A stretch of 64,000 bases of DNA. Source: an uncultured bacterium (GTDB lineage: Bacteria > Krumholzibacteriota > Krumholzibacteriia > Krumholzibacteriales > Krumholzibacteriaceae). Both the position numbers and the translations under genes were made by a program. Shown piece after piece: positions 28,031 through 37,816 of this stretch. Position 1 is the first letter of the stretch. Each line of letters opens with the position of its first letter. The notes below the pieces were generated by a model. That model worked only from the letters and a program-made list of their open reading frames with translations. It was not told the DNA's origin and did not search any database. The DNA lies in NCBI GenBank assembly GCA_965371515.1, contig CBDUYR010000006.1, positions 4,475-68,474 on the forward strand, given 5' to 3'.

Positions 28031-29008
28031 TCAGAAAAAGTAGTCCATCGCGATCGTAGCGGTGAAAAATTTCGCGGGGGTATCGAGTCCCTTTATCGGC
28101 ACCCTCTGGAATTCAAGGTCAACTCCGATACTGAAATCTGGCCTGCCCACATAAGAGAAACCAACCAGGACCGCTTGGATGTTATCAGCGATCTCGTCCC
28201 CCCCTCCCGGAATAGTCGAGTACTTGTAACCCAGGGCAAGGCCGAGAGGAGTACCTGTTTTCGGTGTCAGGTCGAGGCTTACCAGGCCACCGAGACCGTA
28301 GTACCATTCATTTCCAAGGAGCCTGTCAATAGCCTCGCTGTATGATAGCTGCCCGAGGGCCTGAAGTGCCGTATATTCGTTTACGGCATATACATAACGG
28401 ACATCTCCTACAGTCCCCAGTGTCGGCGCTTTTCTGATAAGCCTGACTTCCTCGCCTTCGATGACACCATTTGCCCAGCCGAGGATATCTACAAGGGTTG
28501 TGCTGCCGCTTCTTACCGATATCCCCGTTGACAGGAGGTGCCTTTCGTTTTCATACAGACGGACGAGCCATCCGAGCTCGAAACCGGTTGCTGCGCTTAT
28601 TCCCTGTGCCAGCATCGACTGCAGCTCGTTTCCAAGCCGGGCCGTGATTTTCAGCTGCGCCCAGACGGCCACCCAATCCCTGACGGCGTACATGTATTCA
28701 AATCCGAGGATCGCATAGAGCAGATCCCCCTCCAGGCCCAGGATAGGTTCGCCTTCTATCTCGAGAAGAGGAGTTACTATATTCGTGGACTTTCCATATC
28801 CGAGCGCTATGCTTGCCTCAGTATTGATGAAGGGAGCGGGCAGAAATGTCGTCGACACTACCCTCGTTTTCCCGACCCTGGGAGCGGTGATATTATTCAG
28901 AATGACACCACCCGGTTCATCGTGGCCGGCTGCCCCGACAGGGCAGGTACAGATCAGAATCACCGGTATGAGCAGGATGGATATGGTGATTGTCATCCGC
29001 ACTTTCAA
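28031..29008 (-). CDS. Hypothetical outer-membrane protein
   Basis: Signal peptide, beta-strand pattern, terminal DYFF. Confidence 0.6.
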   Translation of the reverse strand: MKVRMTITISILLIPVILICTCPVGAAGHDEPGGVILNNITAPRVGKTRVVSTTFLPAPFINTEASIALGYGKSTNIVTPLLEIEGEPILGLEGDLLYAILGFEYMYAVRDWVAVWAQLKITARLGNELQSMLAQGISAATGFELGWLVRLYENERHLLSTGISVRSGSTTLVDILGWANGVIEGEEVRLIRKAPTLGTVGDVRYVYAVNEYTALQALGQLSYSEAIDRLLGNEWYYGLGGLVSLDLTPKTGTPLGLALGYKYSTIPGGGDEIADNIQAVLVGFSYVGRPDFSIGVDLEFQRVPIKGLDTPAKFFTATIAMDYFF

Positions 29009-29016
29009 GAGTTCTC

Positions 29017-29670
29017 CTAGAGCTGAAACAGGAATCCGACATATAACAGCAGTCCGCTGTTCTTGATACGGAGACCGTAGAGCTCAGCTTCCGGATCGTT
29101 GTCCGAGACCACGTTCAGGATGCTCTGCGTGTATCTGCCCTCGATAAAAAACTCATACCGTCCGACCGGGATGATCCTGCCGACCCCGAAATGAATAGCG
29201 AGGTCGAACTTCTCCATGTCGTCCTTTATATCACAATCTTCTGTCGATGTAACGTATTGTGCGTTGACGAGCCATGCGAATTCAAGCCCGCTCGAGACGA
29301 ACCAGCGCTCGCCGCCCGTAAAGATCTTCACCATTACAGGTATGGAAAAATAACCGGTATTCACCGAAACGCTGTCGACCCTCGCCTTCTGCCCCGCCAC
29401 CTCGTAGGCTATCCCCGTCCCCTTCTGGATGAAAGAAGGCTGTATGCTGAGCCTTACACCCTTATAGACGTCCAGTTCGAAAACGCCGCCGAATGACGCC
29501 CGGTTCTGCGTCGAGTACGCAGCCTTGGGGGGCTTGTCGCCGGAATAGCCGTACCGCGCCAGCCCGCCCGTGACGCCGAGCCGCACCTCGGACGAAGCAT
29601 CAGAGGGCCATACCGATACGAGCAGCGCCGCAATCAGCGGCAGTATTGATAAACAGGCTTTATTCCGCAG
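29017..29670 (-). CDS. PorT-like outer-membrane beta-barrel
   Basis: SIQPSFIQKG, YFSIPVMVK, FIEGRY; signal peptide lies upstream of GTG 29586 and appears to begin at CTG 29670. Confidence 0.7.
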   Translation of the reverse strand: MRNKACLSILPLIAALLVSVWPSDASSEVRLGVTGGLARYGYSGDKPPKAAYSTQNRASFGGVFELDVYKGVRLSIQPSFIQKGTGIAYEVAGQKARVDSVSVNTGYFSIPVMVKIFTGGERWFVSSGLEFAWLVNAQYVTSTEDCDIKDDMEKFDLAIHFGVGRIIPVGRYEFFIEGRYTQSILNVVSDNDPEAELYGLRIKNSGLLLYVGFLFQL

Positions 29671-30346
29671 TTTCGGGATCGGTCCAGTCCTTTCTGTTAT
29701 GCAGCCAGCCCAGTATACGTGAGATCAGCAGTCCGCTCAACCAGGCAAGCGCCCACGCCGTGGAACTCACCCATACGAACGGGATCGTAATAAGGGCCGT
29801 GACGGGCTCGTTTAGAAACTCGATGCGCAACTCGGCCGCTTCCTTATCCGTGATGCTGTCCGACAGGAGCTTGCGGTCCTTCAAAGCATACGACCAGGCC
29901 GCCACACCGAGGAACCCGACGAGAGCAAGGGTTATGCTCTGCAGCAGCAGGGGCAGGAGCTCGCCCTTGAAGACTAATTCCATTCTGACGAAGTAGAGAA
30001 AGATCAATAACATGAACAGCTGCAGGAAGGACAGGGAGGCATGCATGCCGTCGGTGTGATCGAGGTTCCCGAAGGCCTTGATCGTGTTGCTCCAGTAGAT
30101 CAGCACGAGAAGCACTCCGATGAAGATGATCTCGATACCGTCGAGGTTCTCCGAGAAGAATCTCGTAATGGAGATCCCCTCGCCCGATCCTATTTTGCCG
30201 AGACTCGGCAGGATCATGAAGATACGAAAGAGGACCAGGGCAAAGAGCACGTCTGTCAGTGTCTCGAGTCTTCTGAGCTGCCTGTTATCGCGTTCGATGA
30301 CGGCCTTCGTCCTAGGCCCTGTTTTTCGCTTCAGAAAACCCATCAA
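29660..30346 (-). CDS. TMEM175-family (DUF1211) K+ channel-like protein
   Basis: RLETLTDVLFAL (Rxxx(F)SD-like motif), about 6 TM. Confidence 0.7.
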   Translation of the reverse strand: MMGFLKRKTGPRTKAVIERDNRQLRRLETLTDVLFALVLFRIFMILPSLGKIGSGEGISITRFFSENLDGIEIIFIGVLLVLIYWSNTIKAFGNLDHTDGMHASLSFLQLFMLLIFLYFVRMELVFKGELLPLLLQSITLALVGFLGVAAWSYALKDRKLLSDSITDKEAAELRIEFLNEPVTALITIPFVWVSSTAWALAWLSGLLISRILGWLHNRKDWTDPETAE

Positions 30347-31026
30347 CCCTCCTGTCTGTTGCTGAGGAATTTACCCACAAGCATAGCGATAATTACAGTG
30401 AGGTATATCTGGCCCGTGACGCTGGCCATAACGGCGATCGACCTCGAAAAGGGGAGCAGAGGAACAATGTCCCCGTATCCAAGGGTAGTGTAAGTGGTAA
30501 ATCCATAGTATATGAATTCACTCAGCTGCCATCCCTGCACACCGGCCTCACGTACAACACCGCCGAAGGAATAGGCAGCGGAAACATTTCGCGCCAGGAC
30601 CATGATAATCAATGAGAATACGATTCCCATCAGCAGGTAGCCCGTGATCGATTCGACGATGACCCTCGCCGTTACTTTCTTTGTAATCGCGACCTGGATT
30701 ATCAGGCCGATCACGATGCGTATGAAAAAGAGAAACAGTACGGTCTGGGACAGGCTGAGAATAACAGGCAGATCGAGGAAATAGGCGATCCACTCGAACC
30801 CGATAGCCAGGATGGCGATGATAAACATCTTCTTTCTCGCTCGATCCATCGAGACCGCGGCGAATACCAGGATTACTGTCAGCATGGTATTATACACGAC
30901 CTTGTGAGTGCCCGGGGGGAGCGCGGGCACTATGAACAGGAAGGCCAGGACGAGTGCCAGCAGGATCGTGCTGTATTTCGATCTTTTCGACTGCTCTGCA
31001 GCAGTGACCTTTTCAACCATTTCCAT
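30343..31026 (-). CDS. Potassium channel family protein (Ion_trans_2)
   Basis: Filter TTYTTLGYGDIVP, GQIYLTVIIAMLVG. Confidence 0.88.
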   Translation of the reverse strand: MEMVEKVTAAEQSKRSKYSTILLALVLAFLFIVPALPPGTHKVVYNTMLTVILVFAAVSMDRARKKMFIIAILAIGFEWIAYFLDLPVILSLSQTVLFLFFIRIVIGLIIQVAITKKVTARVIVESITGYLLMGIVFSLIIMVLARNVSAAYSFGGVVREAGVQGWQLSEFIYYGFTTYTTLGYGDIVPLLPFSRSIAVMASVTGQIYLTVIIAMLVGKFLSNRQEG

Positions 31027-31957
31027 TCTTCTCCTGTGGGGATTCCGGAACCCTTTCGCTGTCTCCGGTAAAGAGCGTATCAGCGATTATCTCCGGGTGC
31101 AATCCCGTTAATTCCCTGTCTATCCTCTGCCTTATGCCGTCGAAATCCGCCATTGATGATATCGGGGCGCCGTCCGGCAGAAGAACGTTGACACTTACGA
31201 ATATGTGCCTGCCGACCTTGACCATTCGGACGGAATGTCTCTCCATCGGAAACCCCGACAGCACAGCGGAGACCTTCTCTTTGATCCCGGCCTGCATATC
31301 CCCGGGAGGGGCACCGAGAAGAAGGTCGCCTATCCCCTCCCTCAACGCCGACAGTGGAAGTCTTATCATCACAAGTATCAGGACGATCACCATGACCGGA
31401 TCGACGTAGGGTACTATCCATGAGTATTCCGTACGGGAGAGGAGATACGCACCCCCGAATCCTACGGCTACCGCCGAACTTATAAAACCGCTTATCTTCC
31501 ATGTAGCGATATCCAGGGCGAGAAGAGGTGAATCCACCTTCCGCGCGTACTGCTTCTGGATGAAAAAAACGATAATGCACCCGCTTGTAGCGATCACGCT
31601 GTAGATCACAGCGACTCCGGGGCTGAGCTCCCTCCCGCCGTCGATCAGGGCGTCTATCGATGAAACGAGCGCGAATCCGCAGACCACGAGGATTATCAGG
31701 CCCTTGACCACGTTCACGAAGGGCTCGAACGGCATGAATCCGTACTGGAAATGCCTGTCGTAAGGGATGCGGAGAAGATTCGAGACATGAAGGGTGACGA
31801 GGCTCATCACGAACGAGACGAAATTAAAGAAGCCGTCGAGCATGATCGCTTCCGACTGGCTCTTCAGGGCGAACACCACGGCGAGGACTCCGAGCAGAGA
31901 ATACCCGAATATCGATATCCGGAGCACTTTTCTCTCCAGGGCCTCTTCTTCCGCCAT
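31013..31957 (-). CDS. Cation diffusion facilitator transporter
   Basis: SEAIMLDG, FQYG..FEP, YVDPVMV, cytosolic C-terminal domain. Confidence 0.82.
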   Translation of the reverse strand: MAEEEALERKVLRISIFGYSLLGVLAVVFALKSQSEAIMLDGFFNFVSFVMSLVTLHVSNLLRIPYDRHFQYGFMPFEPFVNVVKGLIILVVCGFALVSSIDALIDGGRELSPGVAVIYSVIATSGCIIVFFIQKQYARKVDSPLLALDIATWKISGFISSAVAVGFGGAYLLSRTEYSWIVPYVDPVMVIVLILVMIRLPLSALREGIGDLLLGAPPGDMQAGIKEKVSAVLSGFPMERHSVRMVKVGRHIFVSVNVLLPDGAPISSMADFDGIRQRIDRELTGLHPEIIADTLFTGDSERVPESPQEKNGNG

Positions 31958-31961
31958 ACTG

Positions 31962-34115
31962 TCAGTCCACCCATCCGAGCACGTCACGGATCACGCACCA
32001 CCTCTTGCCGCCGGCCTTCACTTTCTTTCCCGCAATCCAGTAATCAAAAAGGCTCGCAACGGTCCTGTCATTCTTCTTCAGCGCTATCCACGTATTGAGG
32101 AACTCCGCCGTATCCCTGTCACCGAATGCCACGGCAAACGACATAGGCACCGATCTGACCATGGGGAAAGGTACAGCGACTGTATACTCGGGGTAGATCA
32201 GGCACCACGAGGATCCCATCTCGGCGCTCATCACCAGAGCATCGAGATCACCCTTCTCGCCACGGAAGAACTCCCTTGGTGATTCTAGGGTGACTATCTC
32301 CGCGTCGGGGAGGTATTCCTGGAGCTTCTTGAAATAGTATTTGTTGTCCTTGAGCCCTATCCTCAGCCCCTTCTGCTTCTGAAGGGCCTTGTCAGTATTG
32401 AAATCATCGCGCCTGTGATCCCTGACTATGAACGCAACGGTCACTTCTATATAAGGATCGGTGAACGTCACCTTCTTCATGTCCGTCGTAGTTATCACAA
32501 GTCCGCCTATCATCAGGTCTATGGCGCCGTTATTGAGGAGATCGGGCGCGTTTTCATATTCTGTAAGGACAAACTCGATCTCCAGACCCAGCTCACCGGC
32601 AAACTTGTGCATCAATTCCACGTCTAATCCCACCAGCTCAGCATTGTCGTTCTGAAAGGCCCAGGGGAGTGCGTCCCTCGTGTATCCGACGCGGATGATC
32701 CCTGTTTCCTGGATCCGAGCCAGAGCGGATCCCGGCCTGCCGGCCGGGATGGCTGCCTCTTCGGAATCGATGACCCTGTGCTCGACCGTCTCGAAGAGAT
32801 TTGATCTTCCGATGAACAGCTCGTACTGATCGACTTTCGAGCCGATGCTCGTGAATGCAAGACGGATTCCCACGAAAGTGCCGATCACGATAAGCACGGT
32901 GACTATCAAATACCTCCCCACCTTGACGGGGCGGACCCTGATCAGCCCGCCTACAGCGGCGGAGCCGAGAACAGCGAGCGTCCCGACATGGATCACGGCG
33001 ACCATCACACCGAACCGGCCGAAGATATTATCGATGACGATGAAAAGCTGGAACGCATCGGCCGGGATCCTGAACAGGTCCAGCATAAAGGGAACGGATA
33101 CATAAGTGCTGCCGAACCATGTAAAGAAACCCGTAATGGCAAACATCGGATACCTGGCGATCGATAAGGGGAATCCTGTCATCCAGCCTGCAAAGAGGAT
33201 GAAAGCGAGGGCGAGAAGCTTTCCCGCGGTTGGAAATGAATACGATGTAGGGGTGATGATATCCACCATCCCGGCGCTCTCTTCCGACGATCCCTCGATG
33301 TTCTGCACGAGATCCCGGCTTCTCCTGGACAGCAGCGGAAGCACAACGAAGAGGTTGCCTGTAGCGAATCCCGTCACCAGGGCGTCCCGCATGCTCATAA
33401 TAACATCCCTGTACCGGATCGGGGTGAGCGCAGCGATCAGGCCCGGCATGACCCAGAAGGTGATGATCACGGCTGCCGCAAGGTAGGTAACGACATATAC
33501 CTGCAGTCCCTGGAGGCTTGAAAACTCGATCGTGCCGGCAGCCTTTGCCATGAGGGCGAATACACCGTAAGGCGCAAGACTGACAACGAATGTCGCGACC
33601 CTGCCGAGGGCATCCCCGGCAGTATCAAAAACATCGAGAAGGCCCTGCTTCTTCTTTATCCCGATAAGCGCGATCCCGAAAGCGACGCTGAAAAGGACTA
33701 CGCCGGGAACAACGTTCTCCGCCAACGCTCCGAATGGATTTGCCGGGATGAACATCGAGACAAAATCGAATTCTTCCGCGGATTCGACGAGCGTCGAACT
33801 GAAATAAGAGGCGGACTCCCAGTCCGGGAAGGCGATGGGAAAGAGCATGACGACAGCCAGGGTGAGCACCCATATTATGAGCAGGATCGACCCTGCTTTC
33901 CTGGCCAGCAGCTTGGCCATATCGAAATCCAGGCTGCCAATGCCCCTCATTAGGGCGACAACGACGTACGGCAGGACCGTCATCTGCAGAAGGAGCAGAA
34001 ACGCCCGGCCGGCCATCCCCAGAAACGCGACCTTCTCACCGAAAAACAGGCCGGTCAGGATGCCGAGGACCAGCCCGATCAGGATCCTTGTCGAGAGGCT
34101 CATTTTTTTCTTCAT
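31962..34115 (-). CDS. Dicarboxylate/amino acid:cation symporter fused to a solute-binding (SBP_bac_3-like) domain
   Basis: N: LLLLQMTVLPY, FIPANPF, LAPYGVFAL; C: IRVGY..PWAF..GLDVELM, VTFTDPY. Confidence 0.85.
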   Translation of the reverse strand: MKKKMSLSTRILIGLVLGILTGLFFGEKVAFLGMAGRAFLLLLQMTVLPYVVVALMRGIGSLDFDMAKLLARKAGSILLIIWVLTLAVVMLFPIAFPDWESASYFSSTLVESAEEFDFVSMFIPANPFGALAENVVPGVVLFSVAFGIALIGIKKKQGLLDVFDTAGDALGRVATFVVSLAPYGVFALMAKAAGTIEFSSLQGLQVYVVTYLAAAVIITFWVMPGLIAALTPIRYRDVIMSMRDALVTGFATGNLFVVLPLLSRRSRDLVQNIEGSSEESAGMVDIITPTSYSFPTAGKLLALAFILFAGWMTGFPLSIARYPMFAITGFFTWFGSTYVSVPFMLDLFRIPADAFQLFIVIDNIFGRFGVMVAVIHVGTLAVLGSAAVGGLIRVRPVKVGRYLIVTVLIVIGTFVGIRLAFTSIGSKVDQYELFIGRSNLFETVEHRVIDSEEAAIPAGRPGSALARIQETGIIRVGYTRDALPWAFQNDNAELVGLDVELMHKFAGELGLEIEFVLTEYENAPDLLNNGAIDLMIGGLVITTTDMKKVTFTDPYIEVTVAFIVRDHRRDDFNTDKALQKQKGLRIGLKDNKYYFKKLQEYLPDAEIVTLESPREFFRGEKGDLDALVMSAEMGSSWCLIYPEYTVAVPFPMVRSVPMSFAVAFGDRDTAEFLNTWIALKKNDRTVASLFDYWIAGKKVKAGGKRWCVIRDVLGWVD

Positions 34116-34379
34116 GAATCATTCCTTTGCAGAGAGTTCTTCATGAAGGTAAACGCAACCTCTGTTCGGTTCAATTCTTATTTATAGATGAACAGGATAT
34201 AGCCTGTTCACTACATGCCAACCGGGATCTGGTATTGCACGTTGACTCTGATCGAATGTCCCGCGACAGGCCCGGGCCAGTCGTCGTACATTGCCAGCGC
34301 TTGTTTTTCAACGGTTAACGGGAGGCGTTCGTCAATCTGCGTATGATAATCGAGTAACTAAGCGACTCGACCATCCGGT

Positions 34380-35378
34380 CTATTCAAGTTCGAAAGGATA
34401 AACCGTATTCCAGTCGTTTTTCATATCGACTACGGTCCACCCCTTCTCTCCCGCCTCATCTAGCGCCTTGTCGAGCCGGCCGATGTGTGATTCCCTGTCG
34501 TAGGCCCATTCTCTTTCGGCATCGGTATGATGCACGAGGACCATCAATCTCCTGCCGCCACCGGCACCGGTCCACTGGAGCATCTGCAGGTCGCCGTCCG
34601 AGTTCCCGAAGGCGGCGATCGGCCTGCGCCCGATGAACTTGTGGATTCCGACCGGCTTCTCATCCTTGTCGTCAATAAAATCGAGCTCGGGGAGCCGGGT
34701 GAGGACCGGAACGTCGCCGCGCATCTCGAACTTCGTCTTTATACTGCTCCCAATCACATTCTCGGGTGGGATACCGTATATCTCTTCGGTCCATGGCCGC
34801 ATGAACTCGATGCCGCCGCCGGAGACGATGAATACCCTGAAATCGCTGGCGCGAAGATATGACAGCAGTTCGAGCATAGGCTGAAAGACCAGGTCGGTAT
34901 ATGGCCGGTCGAAACGGGGGTGCCTGGCGGCGGCGATCCACTTCTTTACTATCCGTTCGAATTCGGCTGTGGTATTCCCCGCATGAGTCGCCATGACAAG
35001 CTCTATCAATCCCTTTTCCCCGTACTCCGCCAGTTTGTCCATATCATCTTCGAGTACGGCCTTGAAGGGCTGCATCGTCTTCCATTCCGGATGCTGCGGG
35101 GCAAGGGCCCTGACACGGTCTATGACGAAGAAAAGCTGGAAATAAACGGGGCGCTCCGACCACAGGGTGCCATCGTTATCGAATACTGCAACGCGTTCGG
35201 CAGGCACCACATAGTCAGGCCCTGTCTCGTCTGTCACGGCATCCACGAAATCGACTATCGCCTGTCTGGACTCCCCGTCGTTCCACGAGGGCAGGGGATC
35301 GACGGCCGAACATCCGGCTACGAACAAAATTGCCGGAAGAAGCAACATTCCCTTGAATCCCCTGATGCGGCTGGTCAT
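34380..35378 (-). CDS. Lipoprotein HAD-superfamily phosphatase
   Basis: VAGC lipobox, AVFDNDGTLW, IVSGGG, FGNSDGD; AGGAGG RBS. Confidence 0.85.
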   Translation of the reverse strand: MTSRIRGFKGMLLLPAILFVAGCSAVDPLPSWNDGESRQAIVDFVDAVTDETGPDYVVPAERVAVFDNDGTLWSERPVYFQLFFVIDRVRALAPQHPEWKTMQPFKAVLEDDMDKLAEYGEKGLIELVMATHAGNTTAEFERIVKKWIAAARHPRFDRPYTDLVFQPMLELLSYLRASDFRVFIVSGGGIEFMRPWTEEIYGIPPENVIGSSIKTKFEMRGDVPVLTRLPELDFIDDKDEKPVGIHKFIGRRPIAAFGNSDGDLQMLQWTGAGGGRRLMVLVHHTDAEREWAYDRESHIGRLDKALDEAGEKGWTVVDMKNDWNTVYPFELE

Positions 35379-35553
35379 CGAAATCCTCCTTATATTGTCC
35401 GGGGCGAACATCAGAGATGACATCCGCCCCGACCATTCTATTTCATCATTGCCTCACGACAATGCTAATGAGCACCTGACCATACTGATTAATGAGATAT
35501 CCTAGTATTCCAGCATTCTCTCTTTTCTTCCTCAATCAATCAATCGAAAATGG

Positions 35554-36318
35554 CTATCGTTCACTTTCCCCGTTGATGTCAATCAGGTAATCCAGGGTCT
35601 TCTCAGCCAGGATGAATCCCGAGAGTCTCGACATGCTTCCGTTTCGCAGCATGAATTTCCTCAGCGAGGAAACATCCATCTCCTGGGCCCGGGCGATCTG
35701 CTCGATCCGTTCATCCATCTCTCTGTCATCTGCCTCTATGCCGTCCCTGCTGGCGATCTCGCCCAGGATCATAAGCAGTTTTACCCGGTTTCTGGCGACG
35801 TCCCACTCTTCTCCTCCCGGCCCCGACCGATCGTCTCCTCCGAACAGGAGTTCCTCCCTGACCATCTCGTCCGGTATATCGATCACGGTCTCTTCGAGCA
35901 GACGCATCGATATCTCGTCACGCATCCCTTCGTCAGAATCGGACGAAAGGCTCAGCGAATCGTACGCCGGAAGCTCGAACCCCGGCAGTTCGGTGAACTC
36001 GGCCGTAAAACTGAGCAGCCCGCCGTGTTCTATCGAGATATCGGTAATCGAGATCGGATCGGTGACCGGGACACCCCCCTCCTCCAGGGCCATCCTGCTC
36101 AACCTGCGCACACACCTCACGCCAGTGTCGTCGAGAAGCGGACGCTCGTAGTGCTTCTCCACCATCGACCTGGGGGCTTTACCCGGCCTGAATCCCGGGA
36201 CGGGAAGTCCTGAGTATCCGGAGAGCAGATCGTCGTAATCCTTCTGCACATTCTCCCACCCAACCTCGATCCGGGCCTCTTTCCTGTGGTCCCCGATATC
36301 ACTGATAGTCACCTTCAT
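35554..36318 (-). CDS. Trigger-factor paralog lacking the FKBP domain
   Basis: Ribosome-binding loop VPGFRPGKAP and C-domain LILGEIA..EKTLDYL; only about 254 aa. Confidence 0.75.
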   Translation of the reverse strand: MKVTISDIGDHRKEARIEVGWENVQKDYDDLLSGYSGLPVPGFRPGKAPRSMVEKHYERPLLDDTGVRCVRRLSRMALEEGGVPVTDPISITDISIEHGGLLSFTAEFTELPGFELPAYDSLSLSSDSDEGMRDEISMRLLEETVIDIPDEMVREELLFGGDDRSGPGGEEWDVARNRVKLLMILGEIASRDGIEADDREMDERIEQIARAQEMDVSSLRKFMLRNGSMSRLSGFILAEKTLDYLIDINGESER

Positions 36319-36322
36319 CGGA

Positions 36323-37585
36323 TCACACCACTCCCTCAACAGGTTCCTTGCCCATATCACGGATGATCCTCTGGACGTGCGGATCGATATGCCTGAAATA
36401 CTTTTTCAGGCCGGAACAGAGGTAGTTCAGGCCTCGCTCACCCTCCGGGGTGCGTATGAACCTGTTCTTCGGACACTCACCGGCGCATGCGAAGAGATAA
36501 TCGCACCGGCGGCACTGGCCAGGCAGGAAGATATCCTTCGCGTAGCCGAAAGCCTCCTGCCGCTCGGACAGCACCATCCCGCTGATCGCCTCATCGTGTA
36601 TGTTGCCCAGCCTGTACTCCGGATAGACGTAGTGATCGCATGAGTAGACACTGCCATCGTGTTCGATAGCGACACCCTTCCCGCAGATCGGCCCGAAGAT
36701 ACAGAGTGGGGATATCTTTCCCATCCACTGCCCCACTGCCGATTCGAAGAATGTGACGAAATGTCTTCCGATATCATTCGTGCGCCATTCATCGAATATC
36801 GCGATAAGAAAATCGCCGTAGTCGTCGGGATCGACGCACCAGTCTTCCACGACTGATTCAGGCGTACCGGGCCTCGCCCGCGGGTCGTCCATATCGGGCA
36901 TCAGGAAATCGGGCCATCTCTGCGGCGCCGTCTCCCTGAAGATCCTCGGCTCTACTATCGGTATGAACTGCATCCTCTCGGGGCCGACATCGTCGCGCAG
37001 GAATCTGTAGACCTCAAGAGGATGCTTACCCGTGATACGGTTCACGCAGCTCAGTGTCGCGAACCTGACCTTGTGCTTTCGAAGAAGTTTCGACGCTCGA
37101 AAGACATCGTCGAATGTCCCGCGCCCGTCCTTGTAGACCCGGTAGTGGTCGTGCAGCTCCTTCGGTCCGTCGATGCTCAGGCCGACGAGAAAATTGTTCT
37201 CGGCGAGGAACTCGCACCACTCATCGTCGAGCAGGGTGCCGTTCGTCTGAAGGTCGTTCTCGCATCGCATCCATGACGGTGCGTACTTCTTCTCCAGTTC
37301 GACGACCCTGCGAAAATAATCCAGTCCGAGCAGGGTCGGCTCTCCCCCCTGCCAGGAGAAGACGACCTCCTTGAAGTTCTGCCCTTCTATGTACTGACGG
37401 ATAAAGGTCTCGAGGATTTTGTCACTCATGCGCCACTGGTTGTCTGTAGAGAGCAGTTTCTCTTTGCTCAGGTAGAAACAGTAGGCGCAGTCGAGGTTAC
37501 AGACCGGCCCGAGGGGCTTCGCCATCGCGTGCATCCTTACGACGGGTTTCCCCCTGAAAAGGCGTTTCTTTCTGCCTTCGTTCAT
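36323..37585 (-). CDS. Anaerobic sulfatase maturase (radical SAM/SPASM, AslB/ChuR-like)
   Basis: CNLDCAYCFY, WQGGEPTL, QTNGTLL, YSCDHYVYP, C..C....C.GECPKNR, NYLC. Confidence 0.92.
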   Translation of the reverse strand: MNEGRKKRLFRGKPVVRMHAMAKPLGPVCNLDCAYCFYLSKEKLLSTDNQWRMSDKILETFIRQYIEGQNFKEVVFSWQGGEPTLLGLDYFRRVVELEKKYAPSWMRCENDLQTNGTLLDDEWCEFLAENNFLVGLSIDGPKELHDHYRVYKDGRGTFDDVFRASKLLRKHKVRFATLSCVNRITGKHPLEVYRFLRDDVGPERMQFIPIVEPRIFRETAPQRWPDFLMPDMDDPRARPGTPESVVEDWCVDPDDYGDFLIAIFDEWRTNDIGRHFVTFFESAVGQWMGKISPLCIFGPICGKGVAIEHDGSVYSCDHYVYPEYRLGNIHDEAISGMVLSERQEAFGYAKDIFLPGQCRRCDYLFACAGECPKNRFIRTPEGERGLNYLCSGLKKYFRHIDPHVQRIIRDMGKEPVEGVV

Positions 37586-37816
37586 ATACCCGTGCTCCGG
37601 GAAGCAGGTAGATTAATGATTTGAGAGCTTGATTAAAAGCGTTCTGATTCTGAACCGGTTCCGGCGATATGTCAATGAGGAATCCTCCTGCTGCGTAGAG
37701 ACCCATCCATTTTTCTCGAACTCCATAAAAATATTTCATCGGAATCGATTTTGATGTAAAATCAAATCCTAATCTTATCCATAGAATCGGCTTCACCCTT
37801 GGGGGAGGGTCTCAAC

